Shown here: positions 1 through 10,668 of the stretch, in pieces | Position numbering within the stretch: position 1 is the stretch's first letter | Layout of the letters: every line of letters starts with the position of its first letter | Assembly: GCA_025999275.1 (NCBI GenBank) | Contig: AP024680.1 | Span: 180,728 to 244,727, forward strand | From: Patescibacteria group bacterium | GTDB lineage: Bacteria > Patescibacteriota > Microgenomatia > UBA8517 | DNA: 64,000 nucleotides | Reading direction: 5' to 3' | Translations under genes and position numbers: made by a program | The notes under the pieces: model-generated | What the model was told of the DNA's origin: nothing | Databases searched by the model: none | Seen by the model: only the letters and a program-made list of their open reading frames with translations

Positions 1-22
1 AATATAGGCTAACCTGAATATA

Positions 23-1942
23 GTGTTAAAAATAGTGTTAAAAAGAAATATTAGTTTATTAATCTTTTCCTTATTGTTTCTGTTTTTTCCTTCATTTGCT
101 TTTGCTAAGGATTATTCTATACCAAAGGTTGATATCGAAGTTAACCTGTTTTCTGATGGATCAGCTTTAGTCAAAGAAACAAGAACTTATTCTTTCGACG
201 GCTCTTTTTCCTGGGCTGATGAATGGATTAATTTGTCTGCAAGGTGCAAAGGTTGCAGGAATTATGAAATATCTGATTTTTCTCTTGAAGAGAATGGTGT
301 TTTTTATGTAGATAAAGACATTTCATCAGCTGGTTTTTATCAAACAGAAAAGGATGAAGAAGTGTTTTATGTTAAGTGGTTTTATAACGCTTCAAACGAA
401 CAAAAGACATTTACTTTGAAATATAAAATTAAAAATGCTATTACAAATCGAGCTGATATTTCTGAGTTTTATTGGCAGTTGATAGGTGATAAATGGACCA
501 AATCAACGGGGGAGGTTAAAGCAACAGTTTTTCTTCCTTTTGCTGTAGCTGATGATAAAATTTGGGCTTTTGGCCATGGGCCATTAAATGGAAAAATAGA
601 TATTATTTCAAACAGGCAGATTAATTTTTATGCCTCAAGTTTGCCTGCGAATACTTTCTTTGAGGTTAGAGTTCTTTTTCCAAAACTTGAGAATGCCCCT
701 TTTGCCCAAGAGTCAAATTTATCGTTGGATGATGTTTTGAGGGAAGAAAAATCATTTAGTTATAAAGATAAAGCGAAGGTTTGGGGCGGATTGTTAATTG
801 CTTTGGTAATACTGGCTTTTGTTTTATGGCGTTTGGTTCATTGGTTTTTGCTTTGGTATAAGTATGGCAAGGATCCAAAAGTGGAGAGGGTTAATCTTTC
901 CGGGAAGTTGCATGAACCGCCAAGTGACCTTCACCCTATTTATGTTCAGGCTTTAGTTCAAAAAGGGAGAATTGATAGCAAAGCTGTTATATCTACCATA
1001 ATAGATTTGGTAAGACGTAAAGCACTTGCGTTTAGAAAAGAAAAAGTTAAGAGTTTTCTTGGTGGTTATAAGGATAAATTTAGCCTTGTTCTGCTTGATA
1101 AAAGCAAGGCGGTAAACAAATACGAGAAGGATTTGATTGGTCTTTTCTTTGATTCCAAAGACGAGTTGAGTTTTGATGAGATTAAAAAAATAGGTATAAG
1201 AAAAACAAGAGAAACAACTTCGTTTTGGCAGAATTTAATGAAAGCTAAGGATGATTTAATGACTCTTGGTTTCCTTGATCAGAAAGCTTCTGAATTAAAG
1301 AAGAAATTGTCTGTCGAACTTATTTTATTTGCCTTTGTGGTTATTCTCTCAGTTTCAATTTTGCCTTCTTTATCTTTGTTTACTTTTCAGCTTGGTGGAG
1401 TTTTTCTGATTTTGATCTTGCCCTTTTTGTTTATCATTTTTGCTTCTCTTTTAATTATCTATGGGGTAATGGATAAAAGAACCGAAAAAGGAAATCAAGA
1501 ATTAGCGGGGTGGTTAGCTTTCAGACAGTTCTTGAAGGATTATTCTGTTACCAAAAGCTATCCTATAGACTCAGTTGTTATCTGGGAAAAATACTTGGTT
1601 TATGGTACAGTACTTGGAATTTCGATTAAGGCTCTTTCCCAATTGCCGATTAATTATTCAAAGGATTTTGAAAGATCACCTGTTTTTGTGGGGTTATCAG
1701 GTGGAAACGGGCCAAATGATGTTTCTAATTTTTCTGCTTATTTTTCTGAATTTGGAAAGGCTTTGAGTTCTATTTCTAATTCGGTTACAAGTGGAGCGCT
1801 TTGTGTTTCTTCTTCTGGTGGATTTTCGGGAGGTGGTGGGGGCGGGGGGTGGTGGCGGAGGTGGAGGTGCAGGCTAGGCTGTATGTTTAGAAGAAATTAT
1901 TCTTGGTTTGGAGCAGGAGAAAGCATCAAGATTAGCAAGTGA
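23..1942 (+). CDS. DUF2207-like membrane protein: signal peptide, extracellular domain, three C-terminal TM helices and a Gly-rich tail. The native C-terminus is probably GGGGGGAG-stop at 1877 in the +1 frame.
   Basis: N-terminal signal-like LLIFSLLFLFFPSFAFA. Hydrophobic helices near aa 255-280 and 425-475. C-terminal FSGGGGGGG tract. Architecture matches the DUF2207 family from memory. GTG start at 23. Confidence 0.6.
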   Translation: MLKIVLKRNISLLIFSLLFLFFPSFAFAKDYSIPKVDIEVNLFSDGSALVKETRTYSFDGSFSWADEWINLSARCKGCRNYEISDFSLEENGVFYVDKDISSAGFYQTEKDEEVFYVKWFYNASNEQKTFTLKYKIKNAITNRADISEFYWQLIGDKWTKSTGEVKATVFLPFAVADDKIWAFGHGPLNGKIDIISNRQINFYASSLPANTFFEVRVLFPKLENAPFAQESNLSLDDVLREEKSFSYKDKAKVWGGLLIALVILAFVLWRLVHWFLLWYKYGKDPKVERVNLSGKLHEPPSDLHPIYVQALVQKGRIDSKAVISTIIDLVRRKALAFRKEKVKSFLGGYKDKFSLVLLDKSKAVNKYEKDLIGLFFDSKDELSFDEIKKIGIRKTRETTSFWQNLMKAKDDLMTLGFLDQKASELKKKLSVELILFAFVVILSVSILPSLSLFTFQLGGVFLILILPFLFIIFASLLIIYGVMDKRTEKGNQELAGWLAFRQFLKDYSVTKSYPIDSVVIWEKYLVYGTVLGISIKALSQLPINYSKDFERSPVFVGLSGGNGPNDVSNFSAYFSEFGKALSSISNSVTSGALCVSSSGGFSGGGGGGGWWRRWRCRLGCMFRRNYSWFGAGESIKISK

Positions 1943-2131
1943 GAAATTGCAGCAGGCAATAAAGTTCGTTAGAAAAAATAAAATTTCTTAAATAAAAGGT
2001 TTTGGGACTGATTTTTCAAAAACCCAAATGGTGATTTTGGACTAGAAAAAAGATTTAAGACAAAAAGAGGTTTATGGGTATTGCCACGGAATATTTTTTT
2101 AGGGGTCTCCTATAAAGAAGCAGCCCTGTTT

Positions 2132-2386
2132 TTATTTTTTAGTTTTCTTTTTGGATTTTATTAGTTTAGAAAGTCTGCTTTTTATCCTAGCAGCTTTATT
2201 TTTGTGTATAAACTTCTTTTTGACTGCTTTATCAGCAAGAGAGATTGCTTTGCTGATATCAACCTCTTTTAATGTCTTTTTTGCCAACCTTATAGCAATT
2301 TCCATCTTTTTAAGAATGGTTTGGTTGACTTTTGCTTTTCTTTGAGAAACCCTTAGGGCTCTCTTGGCGGTTTTGGTAACTGGCAT
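2132..2386 (-). CDS. rpsT: 30S ribosomal protein S20
   Basis: 84 aa, Lys/Arg/Ala-rich helical protein MPVTKTAKRALRVSQRKAKVNQT...AARIKSRLSKLIK, typical of S20. Confidence 0.8.
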   Translation of the reverse strand: MPVTKTAKRALRVSQRKAKVNQTILKKMEIAIRLAKKTLKEVDISKAISLADKAVKKKFIHKNKAARIKSRLSKLIKSKKKTKK

Positions 2387-2455
2387 ATTTTTGATTATTT
2401 TTATCTTGATTCAACTAAAGTATAATCCAAAGTAATAGGTTTTTCAACAGTTTTA

Positions 2456-4192
2456 TTGGTTATGATTGAAAATTTAGTTAAAAAAGGAAAACAACTTCTC
2501 TCATCTCAGCAGACATCTATTTTATCTGCAGCTAGTTTGATAATGCTAATGATAATAGCCTCAAGAATCTTAGGTTTAGTAAGGCAAAGGGTTTTGGCTC
2601 ATTATTTTTCTGTTGAGGAATTGTCCTTGTTTTTTGCTGCATTTCGGTTGCCGGACACGGTTTTTGAAGTATTGGTTTTTGGCACCTTTTCGTCTGCGTT
2701 TGTACCCGTTTTTGCCAGAATGGCCAAAAGAGATGAGAAATCAGCTTGGAGTTTGGCTTCCAGTGTTTTGAATATAGGAATAATTTCTTTTGTGCTAATA
2801 TCTTTACTTTTTAGTCTTTTAGCTCCAGTTTTTTACCATTTGGTCACGCCTGGTTTTTCTTTAGAACAACAGTCTAGAATAGCTTTTTTAAGTAGATACC
2901 TATTTTTTGCTCAAGGGTTCTTTGTGGCCAGCTATGTTCTAACTGGTGTTTTGGAATCCCTGAAAAGATTTTTATTTCCAGCTTTGGCTCCTGTTTTTTA
3001 CAATCTGGGTATGATATTTGGAACTATTTTATTTGCTGATCATTTTGGTTTAATAGCTCCAGTTTTTGGAGTGATTATAGGCGCATTTTTACACTTTATT
3101 GTTCAGTATCCGTTAGCACACAGCCTTGGCTTTCGTTTTAGGTTTAAAATTGACGACCGGGAAGGTTTAAGAAAAATAAAGGACTTGGCATGGCCTCGTT
3201 TGGTGGAGGTTTCCTTTCTGCAGCTTTCCAAGATTGCTGAACTTTTTTTCTCCTCGCTTGTTTCTTCTGCTGCTTATGCTTACTATACTTTTGGCAATAC
3301 CCTTCAGCTTTTGCCAGTTAGCCTTATTGGAACTTCAATCTCAAAAGCAGCTTTGCCAAATCTGGCTGAGAAGGCAGATAATCTAGAAGTTTTTAAAAAG
3401 GTTTTGTGGAAAACTTTTAATGAAATGCTTTTTTTGCTTTTACCTATTGCGGCGATGTTTATCGTTTTAAGGATTCCTTTGGTGAGGCTTGTTTATGGAA
3501 CAGATATTTTTGATTGGCAGGCGACAGTTCAAACAGGGATGGTTCTTTCCGCTTTTGCTTTTGGGATAGTTTTTCAGGCCATTAATTCACTTTTATCTAG
3601 AGCTTTTTATGCTCTTCATAACACCAAGACACCAGTTACTATTTCCATGGTCGCGATTTTTCTTGTCTTATTTTTGGATTTTATTTTTATTTACATTTTA
3701 AAAATGCCGGTTTGGGGACTGGCTCTGGGTTTTTCTTTGGGTAGTTTTTTCCAGTCGGTTTGTCTTTTTATATTTTTAGAAAAGGCGACTGGTGGGGGTT
3801 TTTGGTCAACAAATCTATACCTTATTTTTAAGAAAGTCTTGGCCACTCTTGGATCTTCTTTGATTATGTTTTTTACTCTTAAGTTTTTTGATAGAAGTGT
3901 CTGGATTAAAAAACTTTCTTTTTTAGGAAAGGTAGATGTGGCCCAAAAATTATCTTTTGAAAAATTTGTTCTTGATACTAGATATACATTTAATCTTTTG
4001 GTTCTAACAGTTTTTGTAGTTGTAATTGGACTTCTTGTTTATTTGGTATTGTCCTACATTTTGGGCAATAAAGAGCTAATAACATTACTGAATCTTTTGA
4101 AGAGAGTTGTTCCATGGCGTAGGAGGAAAATAGAAATGCCTAAAGTAGAGCAGGAGCCTGTTAGTTTAACTGATGATGTTAATGAAGGCTAG
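2456..4192 (+). CDS. murJ: Lipid II flippase MurJ/MviN with a C-terminal extension
   Basis: Multi-TM protein with the MurJ N-terminal signature ...ASRILGLVRQRVLAHYF...AFRLPDTVFEVLVFGTFSSAFVPVFA. TTG start at 2456; the first ATG is at 2462. Confidence 0.8.
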   Translation: MVMIENLVKKGKQLLSSQQTSILSAASLIMLMIIASRILGLVRQRVLAHYFSVEELSLFFAAFRLPDTVFEVLVFGTFSSAFVPVFARMAKRDEKSAWSLASSVLNIGIISFVLISLLFSLLAPVFYHLVTPGFSLEQQSRIAFLSRYLFFAQGFFVASYVLTGVLESLKRFLFPALAPVFYNLGMIFGTILFADHFGLIAPVFGVIIGAFLHFIVQYPLAHSLGFRFRFKIDDREGLRKIKDLAWPRLVEVSFLQLSKIAELFFSSLVSSAAYAYYTFGNTLQLLPVSLIGTSISKAALPNLAEKADNLEVFKKVLWKTFNEMLFLLLPIAAMFIVLRIPLVRLVYGTDIFDWQATVQTGMVLSAFAFGIVFQAINSLLSRAFYALHNTKTPVTISMVAIFLVLFLDFIFIYILKMPVWGLALGFSLGSFFQSVCLFIFLEKATGGGFWSTNLYLIFKKVLATLGSSLIMFFTLKFFDRSVWIKKLSFLGKVDVAQKLSFEKFVLDTRYTFNLLVLTVFVVVIGLLVYLVLSYILGNKELITLLNLLKRVVPWRRRKIEMPKVEQEPVSLTDDVNEG

Positions 4193-4200
4193 TTTTCCTC

Positions 4201-4229
4201 TTGACAACTTTTAGCACTCGTATTATTAT
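4201..4229 (+). promoter_or_regulatory. Sigma-70-like promoter of the heat-shock operon: TTGACA, 17-nt spacer, TATTAT
   Basis: TTGACA at 4201-4206, 17-nt spacer, TATTAT at 4224-4229. AAGGAGG RBS at 4239-4245. ATG at 4253. Confidence 0.6.
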
Positions 4230-4237
4230 TCTGCTAA
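4211..4237. promoter_or_regulatory. Degenerate CIRCE operator (HrcA binding site) overlapping the promoter
   Basis: TTAGCACTC-N9-TTCTGCTAA compared with the CIRCE consensus TTAGCACTC-N9-GAGTGCTAA. The left half is perfect; the right half matches 6 of 9 positions. It lies immediately upstream of hrcA. Confidence 0.55.
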
Positions 4238-4252
4238 AAGGAGGTTTTGTTA

Positions 4253-4981
4253 ATGGGGGACGCATTAACATCACGACAAATACAAATCTTGAAAGCTTTG
4301 ATTGATGAATATATAGAGACAGCAGAACCAGTGGGCTCTGAAGTCTTAGAGAAGAAATATAATTTAAATGTCTCATCTGCAACTATTAGAAACGAGATGG
4401 CCGCTTTGACTCAGATGGGATATTTAAAGCAACCTCACACTTCTGCTGGAAGAATGCCAACGCCAAAGGCAATGAAGTTTTATGTTGACCAATTGATGGA
4501 AGAAAAACAACTAAGTTTAGCTGATGAAGTGAAAATGAAAGAAGAGGTTTGGGATGTAAGAAACGATATTAATAGTTTGATGGATGAGGCGGTCCATATA
4601 CTGGCTGATAAAACAAAATCTCTTTCTGTTGGTGTGATTGATGATGGTAGAACTTGGCATGCAGGATTGGCTAATGTTTTTGCAAACCCTGAATTTGGAG
4701 ACCTAAGTCTTTGTGCAGGGGTATTTTCATTTTTAGAAGAAGATGAACATCTTTTGGATATCTTTTTTAAGAAATTGATGGGATCTTCTCCGGTTGAGAT
4801 ATTGTTTGGAGAAGATTTGGATTGGCCATATCTTGATCCTGTAGGAATTGTGGCTACGCGTTTTAATATCAAAGACCATCAGGGTGCTTTGGGAGTTATT
4901 GGTCCAATGCGCTTGAGTTATTCAAGAGTAGTTCCTTTACTTAGGCACTTTGGCAGCATTATTGAACAGGTGACAGCTTGA
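4253..4981 (+). CDS. hrcA: Heat-inducible transcription repressor HrcA, short form of about 243 aa
   Basis: N-terminal winged-helix signature LTSRQIQILKALIDEYIETAEPVGSEVL...SSATIRNEMAALTQMGYLKQPHTSAGRMPT. Operon context with grpE-dnaK. ATG at 4253 is preferred over the track's TTG at 4247. Confidence 0.8.
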   Translation: MGDALTSRQIQILKALIDEYIETAEPVGSEVLEKKYNLNVSSATIRNEMAALTQMGYLKQPHTSAGRMPTPKAMKFYVDQLMEEKQLSLADEVKMKEEVWDVRNDINSLMDEAVHILADKTKSLSVGVIDDGRTWHAGLANVFANPEFGDLSLCAGVFSFLEEDEHLLDIFFKKLMGSSPVEILFGEDLDWPYLDPVGIVATRFNIKDHQGALGVIGPMRLSYSRVVPLLRHFGSIIEQVTA

Positions 4982-4984
4982 TCT

Positions 4985-5443
4985 ATGGCTAGAGATAAAA
5001 AAAAGAAGGATGAGGAAGTTGCAAAAAAGGTAGAAGAGCTAACTGCGCAGCTGGCTCGTGCGTTGGCTGATTATGATAATCTGCAGAAAAGAGTTTTAAA
5101 AGAGAAAGAAGAAATGGCAAAGTCAGCTGCTAAAAGATTGATAGTTAAATTTTTGCCTGTTTATGATATGCTTTTGGCAGCGCAGAAGCACCTTGAAGAT
5201 ACAGGAATAGCAATTACTATTAATTCTTTTGAACAGGTTTTAGCTGATGAGGGAGTAGAAATAATTAGGCCAAAAGAGGGAGATTTGTTTGATGCCTCGG
5301 TTTGCGAGGCTGTAGAGGTAGAGGAAACCGATGATAAAGAGAAGATAGGAAAGATTGCAGAGATGGTGTTGCCAGGATTTAAATTTAAAGATGGTCCGGT
5401 GATAAGATATTGCAAGGTAAAAGTTTTTGGAGTAAAGAATTAG
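4985..5443 (+). CDS. grpE: Nucleotide exchange factor GrpE
   Basis: 152 aa with an N-terminal coiled coil (LTAQLARALADYDNLQKRVLKEKEE) followed by a beta-domain. Sits between hrcA and dnaK. Confidence 0.8.
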   Translation: MARDKKKKDEEVAKKVEELTAQLARALADYDNLQKRVLKEKEEMAKSAAKRLIVKFLPVYDMLLAAQKHLEDTGIAITINSFEQVLADEGVEIIRPKEGDLFDASVCEAVEVEETDDKEKIGKIAEMVLPGFKFKDGPVIRYCKVKVFGVKN

Positions 5444-5517
5444 GTTTTAGTTTTAGAATTTGCTCTTGAATTTTAAAACTAGAATCTAATCTAAATCTTA
5501 TCTATATTATTAAAAAT

Positions 5518-7407
5518 ATGAGCAAAATAATTGGAATTGATTTAGGAACAACTAATTCAGTAGTGGCTGTAATGGAGGCAGGTCGTCCCAAAGTGATTCC
5601 TGCTTCTGATACCGGGCGCAACATTACTCCTTCAGTTGTGGAGCCGGTTAAAAATCTAGTGGGTGATGTAGCCAAGAGACAAATGATTCTAAATCCCAAG
5701 AACACTATCTATTCTATTAAGCGTTTGATGGGAAGGAGAATTGATGACCCTGAGGTAAAAAGGACAAAAGAGATGGTTCCTTATGAGATTGTTGCTGGCA
5801 AAGATGGCTCAGCTTGTGTTGAGGTTGAAGGAAAAGTTTACACTCCTCAGGAAATATCGGCTCGTATATTAATGAAGCTCAAAAAAGATGCTGAGGATTA
5901 CTTGGGAGAGAAGGTTGACAGAGCTGTAATTACAGTTCCTGCTTATTTTGACGATTCACAAAGACAGGCAACAAAACAGGCAGGAGAAATTGCAGGCTTG
6001 AAAGTTGAAAGGATTATTAACGAACCAACTGCAGCCTCTTTGGCTTATGGTTTGGATAAGAAAAATGCACAAAAGATAGCGGTTTATGATTTGGGCGGAG
6101 GCACTTTTGATATTTCAATACTTGAGCTTGGGGATGGTGTTTTTGAGGTAAAAGCAACCAATGGTGATACACACCTTGGTGGGGATGATTTTGATGAAGC
6201 TATTGTTAATTATATTTGCGATGAATTTAAGAAAGAATATGCGGTTGATTTGAAGGCTGATAAGCAGGCTTTGCAGAGAATCAGAGATGCGGCTGAGAAG
6301 GCAAAAATTGAGCTTTCGGCAGCTTCAGAGGTTGAGATAAATCAGCCTTATATTACGCAGAAGGATGGTCAACCCCTTCATCTAACAATGAAGTTAACTC
6401 GGGCCAAACTTGAGAGTTTGGTAGACGATTTGATTCAGAAAACCTTAAAGCCGGTTGAGGCTTGCCTTAAGGATGCAAAACTTGATCCTCATGATGTTGA
6501 TGAAGTGATTCTGGTTGGTGGAATGACTAGAATGCCGAAGGTAGTTGAGACTGTTAAGAATTTCTTTGGTAAGGAACCTAATAAGTCAGTTAATCCTGAT
6601 GAAGTTGTAGCAGTTGGTGCTGCCATTCAGGCAGGTGTTTTAGGAGGAGAGGTTAAGGACATTTTACTTCTTGATGTTACTCCTTTGACTTTGGCAATTG
6701 AAACTTTAGGAAATGTGGCAACACCAATGATTCCAAGAAATACAACAATCCCAACCTCAAAGACGGAGGTTTTTTCAACGGCTGCTGATAATCAAACTCA
6801 AGTTGAAGTTCATATAGTTCAAGGGGAACGTCCAATGGCCTCAGATAATAAGAGTTTGGGAAGATTTATTCTTGATGGAATTCCTCCAGCTCCTCGTGGA
6901 GTGCCTCAAATCGAGGTTACTTTTGACATTGATGCTTCAGGAATATTAAAGGTCACAGCTAAAGATAAAGCTACTGGCAAGAGTCAAAATATTACTATTA
7001 CTGGAGCAATTGGTCTTTCGGAGGATGAGGTTAAAAGGATGCAAGAGGAAGCAGAGAAACATCGTGCTGAAGATGAGAAAAAGGCGGAGCTTGTCAAGGC
7101 AAGAAACGCCGCCGACGCAATGATAGCAACGGCAGAAAAAGCTCTTAAGGATGCAGGAGATAAGGTTTCCTCTGATGTTAAGTCTAAAGTTGAAGAGAAG
7201 ATAAAATCCTTAAAAGAAGTTCTTGATAAAGCTGAAAAAGAGGAGTTGGAAGCGAAAACAAAAGAACTTTCGGATGCTTTGTCAGAAGTTGGTCAGGCGA
7301 TGTATCAGGGACAATCTCAAGAGAGTGCTTCGGAAGGTTCAAAAGAAGAGGAAAAAAATGGCAAAAAAGGCGATGATAAAGTAGAAGAAGGCGAAGTAGT
7401 TGGGTAA
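5518..7407 (+). CDS. dnaK: Chaperone DnaK (Hsp70)
   Basis: [24 protein letters not shown] and [11 protein letters not shown] motifs. 629 aa. Confidence 0.95.
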   Translation: MSKIIGIDLGTTNSVVAVMEAGRPKVIPASDTGRNITPSVVEPVKNLVGDVAKRQMILNPKNTIYSIKRLMGRRIDDPEVKRTKEMVPYEIVAGKDGSACVEVEGKVYTPQEISARILMKLKKDAEDYLGEKVDRAVITVPAYFDDSQRQATKQAGEIAGLKVERIINEPTAASLAYGLDKKNAQKIAVYDLGGGTFDISILELGDGVFEVKATNGDTHLGGDDFDEAIVNYICDEFKKEYAVDLKADKQALQRIRDAAEKAKIELSAASEVEINQPYITQKDGQPLHLTMKLTRAKLESLVDDLIQKTLKPVEACLKDAKLDPHDVDEVILVGGMTRMPKVVETVKNFFGKEPNKSVNPDEVVAVGAAIQAGVLGGEVKDILLLDVTPLTLAIETLGNVATPMIPRNTTIPTSKTEVFSTAADNQTQVEVHIVQGERPMASDNKSLGRFILDGIPPAPRGVPQIEVTFDIDASGILKVTAKDKATGKSQNITITGAIGLSEDEVKRMQEEAEKHRAEDEKKAELVKARNAADAMIATAEKALKDAGDKVSSDVKSKVEEKIKSLKEVLDKAEKEELEAKTKELSDALSEVGQAMYQGQSQESASEGSKEEEKNGKKGDDKVEEGEVVG

Positions 7408-7431
7408 ATCTTCTGATTTAGTTTTTGATCT

Positions 7432-9582
7432 ATGGATAATGATCTACAATCTTTACTTAAGCCTCCTAGCCCTAAAGAAGCTTTAGAAAAGTACACTTAT
7501 GATTTGACCGAACAAGCAAAAGAGGGCAAGCTTGACCCTGTTATTGGTAGAGAATCTGAAATCCGCCGCTTAATGCAAATCCTTTCAAGAAGAATCAAAA
7601 ATAATCCAGTTTTGATTGGGGATCCTGGAGTTGGTAAGACTGCCATAGTTGAAGGTTTGGCACAAAGAATTGTTGGTGGAGATGTACCTGAAATGCTAAA
7701 GAGCAAAAAAATATTGGTACTTGATTTTGCTCTTCTTGTTGCCGGCACAAAATTTAGGGGTGAATTTGAAGAAAGACTTAAGGCTATAATCAAGGGGATA
7801 GAAGAAGGTGAGGGGAAATATATTGTTTTTATTGACGAACTTCACATCTTGGTCGGTGGTGGTGAGGCTGAGGGGGCAGTTGATGCTGCTAATATTTTAA
7901 AGCCTTCTTTGGCGCGAGGTACTTTGAGGATGATTGGTGCCACAACGGTTGAGGAGTACAGGAAATATATTGAAAGAGATGCAGCTTTGGCACGACGTTT
8001 TCAGACAATTTTGGTTGAGGAACCAACAGTTGAGGATACAATAGCAATACTGCGGGGTCTTAAGGAGAAATATGAGCTTCATCATGGCATTAGAATTACC
8101 GATGAGGCTTTAATATCAGCGGCAACACTTGCCGATCGTTATATTACCAATCGTTTTCTGCCTGATAAGGCTATCGACTTGATTGACGAGGCGGCCTCAG
8201 CAATAAAAATAGAGACTGAAAGCATGCCTTCAGAACTTGATTTAATGAAGCGTGAGTTGACAAGACTTGAAATAGAGAAGACAGCTCTAAGGCGAGAAAA
8301 AACAGATAAAGCTAGGGAAAGAGTGAAATTTATTGATGGAAAGATTGAAGAATTGAAAAAAAATATTTCCTCTTTTGAAGAGAAGTGGCGTTCTCAAAAG
8401 GAGATAATTGAGAAGATAAATAAGGTTCGTTTAGAGATAGACAAACTCCGCCTTGACCTTGAAAAAGCAGAAAGGGAAGTTAACCTTGAGAAAGCTGCTG
8501 AGATTAAATACGGCAAACTCCCAGAGCTTGAAAGTAAATTGAAAGAATTAGAGGCGATTTGGCAGAAGATTCCCTCTGAAGACAGGGTGCTAAGAGAAGA
8601 AGTTGGGGAAGAAGATATAGCCAAAATTGTGTCTCGCATAACTGGGATTCCTTTGGGCAGGCTTATGTCTACTGAAAGTGAAAAACTCCTTCACCTTGAG
8701 GATGAGCTTAAGAAAAGGGTTGTTGGCCAGGATGAGGCTTTGCATCTTTTGGCAAATGCGATAAGAAGGTCTCGATCTGGTCTTCGCGAGGGAACAAGGC
8801 CTATCGGATCTTTTCTCTTCCTTGGTCCAACTGGTGTTGGAAAAACAGAGACAGCAAAAGCTCTAGCGGCATCTGTTTTTGATGACGAGAATTCAATCAT
8901 CAGAATAGATATGGGAGAGTACCAAGAATCTCATACTGTTTCTCGTCTAATTGGCGCACCTCCTGGTTATGTTGGATTTGAGGAAGGCGGCCAGTTAACA
9001 GAGGCGGTTAGACGACATCCTTATTCGCTTGTTCTTCTTGATGAGGTGGAGAAAGCTCATCCACAGATTTTTAATGTTCTTCTTCAGGTTTTGGATGAAG
9101 GAAGACTAACTGACGGAAAGGGAGTTACTGTTGATTTTAAAAACACTATTATAGTTATGACCAGCAATTTAGGCAGTGATATTATCAGTAAAAATAAAGG
9201 CAAAAAGTGGGAAGAAGTCAAAATTGAAGTTGAGAAAGTTGTTTTGGAATTCTTCCGACCGGAGTTTATTAATAGGATAGATAAAATTATTGTTTTTAAA
9301 CCTCTTGATGAAAGGATGATGGTTGAGATAGCTAAAAATCAGCTTGATAGCGCAGGTAGAATTCTTTCATCTCAGGGAATTAACCTTGTTTATGGTGATG
9401 AAGTTGTTAAATATTTTGCTACCAAGGGATATGATCCTGTCTTTGGGGCAAGACCATTAAGGCGGTTAATTGAAGAGGAGCTTCTTGATGAGATTTCTCT
9501 TCTTGTTATTGAAGGAAAAGTTAAAAGTGGTGGCAAGATTACTCTTAAACTGAAGGATGAAAGCCTGATTCTTGAATACTAA
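7432..9582 (+). CDS. clpB: ClpB-type AAA+ disaggregase lacking the N-terminal domain
   Basis: Two AAA+ modules (GDPGVGKT and GPTGVGKT Walker A motifs) separated by a long coiled-coil M-domain ([23 protein letters not shown]...). No IGF/ClpP loop is visible. 716 aa versus roughly 860 for full-length ClpB. Confidence 0.85.
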   Translation: MDNDLQSLLKPPSPKEALEKYTYDLTEQAKEGKLDPVIGRESEIRRLMQILSRRIKNNPVLIGDPGVGKTAIVEGLAQRIVGGDVPEMLKSKKILVLDFALLVAGTKFRGEFEERLKAIIKGIEEGEGKYIVFIDELHILVGGGEAEGAVDAANILKPSLARGTLRMIGATTVEEYRKYIERDAALARRFQTILVEEPTVEDTIAILRGLKEKYELHHGIRITDEALISAATLADRYITNRFLPDKAIDLIDEAASAIKIETESMPSELDLMKRELTRLEIEKTALRREKTDKARERVKFIDGKIEELKKNISSFEEKWRSQKEIIEKINKVRLEIDKLRLDLEKAEREVNLEKAAEIKYGKLPELESKLKELEAIWQKIPSEDRVLREEVGEEDIAKIVSRITGIPLGRLMSTESEKLLHLEDELKKRVVGQDEALHLLANAIRRSRSGLREGTRPIGSFLFLGPTGVGKTETAKALAASVFDDENSIIRIDMGEYQESHTVSRLIGAPPGYVGFEEGGQLTEAVRRHPYSLVLLDEVEKAHPQIFNVLLQVLDEGRLTDGKGVTVDFKNTIIVMTSNLGSDIISKNKGKKWEEVKIEVEKVVLEFFRPEFINRIDKIIVFKPLDERMMVEIAKNQLDSAGRILSSQGINLVYGDEVVKYFATKGYDPVFGARPLRRLIEEELLDEISLLVIEGKVKSGGKITLKLKDESLILEY

Positions 9583-9583
9583 T

Positions 9584-10453
9584 ATGGCTGGAGAAAAAGC
9601 TGATTATTATGAAATCTTAGGTGTTAGTAGAGATGCTTCTGCTGATGAGATTAAAAAGGCTTACCGAAAGCAAGCCTTGGAATGGCATCCTGATCGGCAC
9701 AAAGATGATAAAGAATTTGCTGAGAAGAAATTTAAGGAAATAAATGAAGCTTATCAGGTTTTATCAGATCCTCAAAAAAGAGCTGCTTATGATCAGTTTG
9801 GGCACGAAGCTTTTGCTCCAGGTGGTGCCGCTGGTTTTTCTGGTTCTCCTTTTTCCCAATCTGGCAGATGGGGACCTTTTACTTATACCTACACATCAAC
9901 TGGCGGCTCGCCTTTTGAGGGTTTTGATTTTGGCGATCCATTTGATATTTTTGAGCAATTTTTTGGCGGCTCTCCTTTTACAAGAACTAGGTCGGTCCCC
10001 CGTTATTCGATTACCCTTGATTTTATGGAGGCTGCAAAAGGGTGCCAAAAAGAGATTCTTGTAGATGGAAAGCGAAGAAAAATCAAAATACCAGCGGGAG
10101 TGGATGAGGGTTCAAGAATTAATTTTGGTGATTTTCTTCTTTCTGTTAATATTCGGCCTCATGAGATATTTGAACGTGATGGCGCTGATGTTTATGTTCG
10201 TGTTATGATTCCTTTTTCTATGGCTGTTTTGGGTGGAGAAATTAGCGTACCTACAATAGATGGGGATGTAAAATTAAGGATCAGACCAGGGACCCAACCT
10301 GGAACAATGATGCGTTTAAGAGGGAGAGGAATAACCAAACTAAGTGGCCGTGGCAAAGGAGACGAATATGTTAAATTGACAGTTTTTGTTCCCGAGAAAC
10401 TTAATAGAGAGCAAAGAGAGTTGATACAAAAACTTCAGAAAGCAGGTTTGTAG
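9584..10453 (+). CDS. dnaJ: DnaJ-family co-chaperone (J domain, G/F region, C-terminal domains) with no zinc-finger CXXCXGXG repeats
   Basis: DYYEILGV...HPD J-domain. Gly/Phe-rich linker. Only one Cys in the region where four CXXCXGXG repeats are expected. ATG at 9584, 1 nt after the clpB stop. Confidence 0.8.
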   Translation: MAGEKADYYEILGVSRDASADEIKKAYRKQALEWHPDRHKDDKEFAEKKFKEINEAYQVLSDPQKRAAYDQFGHEAFAPGGAAGFSGSPFSQSGRWGPFTYTYTSTGGSPFEGFDFGDPFDIFEQFFGGSPFTRTRSVPRYSITLDFMEAAKGCQKEILVDGKRRKIKIPAGVDEGSRINFGDFLLSVNIRPHEIFERDGADVYVRVMIPFSMAVLGGEISVPTIDGDVKLRIRPGTQPGTMMRLRGRGITKLSGRGKGDEYVKLTVFVPEKLNREQRELIQKLQKAGL

Positions 10454-10518
10454 GATTAGCTAAAAAATCAAAAGGCAAAATTGAAAATTTAAAACTATTT
10501 AATTATCTAAGAAAACCT

Positions 10519-10624
10519 TTGACTTTTAACTTGTAGTTTTGACTTTTGAATTTTAACTTTTGAATTATCTTATTTATAATTCTTAAATCATAAATCTTGA
10601 CTTACCACTTGTTTGCTGTTGACT
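10519..10624 (+). repeat. Cluster of four TTGACT boxes plus phased 7-mers TTTTGAA/TTTTAAC/TTTTGAA
   Basis: TTGACT at 10519, 10539, 10597 and 10619. Tandem heptamers at 10544-10564. Confidence 0.5.
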
Positions 10625-10647
10625 TAGAGCTTTGATAAAAGTAAAAT
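10619..10647 (+). promoter_or_regulatory. Putative nusA promoter: TTGACT, 17-nt spacer, TAAAAT
   Basis: TTGACT at 10619-10624 and TAAAAT at 10642-10647, 17 nt apart. Confidence 0.45.
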
Positions 10648-10668
10648 TAGCAGAGTAGTTTTAAAGCT

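Noticed and set aside
1575-1766. Internal same-strand ORFs (1575-1766 within DUF2207; 9744-10064 within dnaJ; 18821-19006 within rnj; 38067-38252 and 39642-39833 within fusA; 26610-26792)
   Set aside because: They are alternative-frame ORFs inside confidently called genes.
4179-4382. Antisense ORFs nested inside or opposite confident plus-strand genes (for example 4179-4382, 4480-4872, 5161-5415, 7497-7793, 10789-11166, 15499-15937, 25708-26406, 31921-32208, 36092-36409, 44065-44505, 45263-45640, 60225-60530, 60832-61428)
   Set aside because: Each lies wholly within a strongly supported gene on the other strand. Their products are low-complexity (S/L/F/K-rich) as expected from reverse-complemented AT-rich coding DNA, with no RBS or family resemblance.
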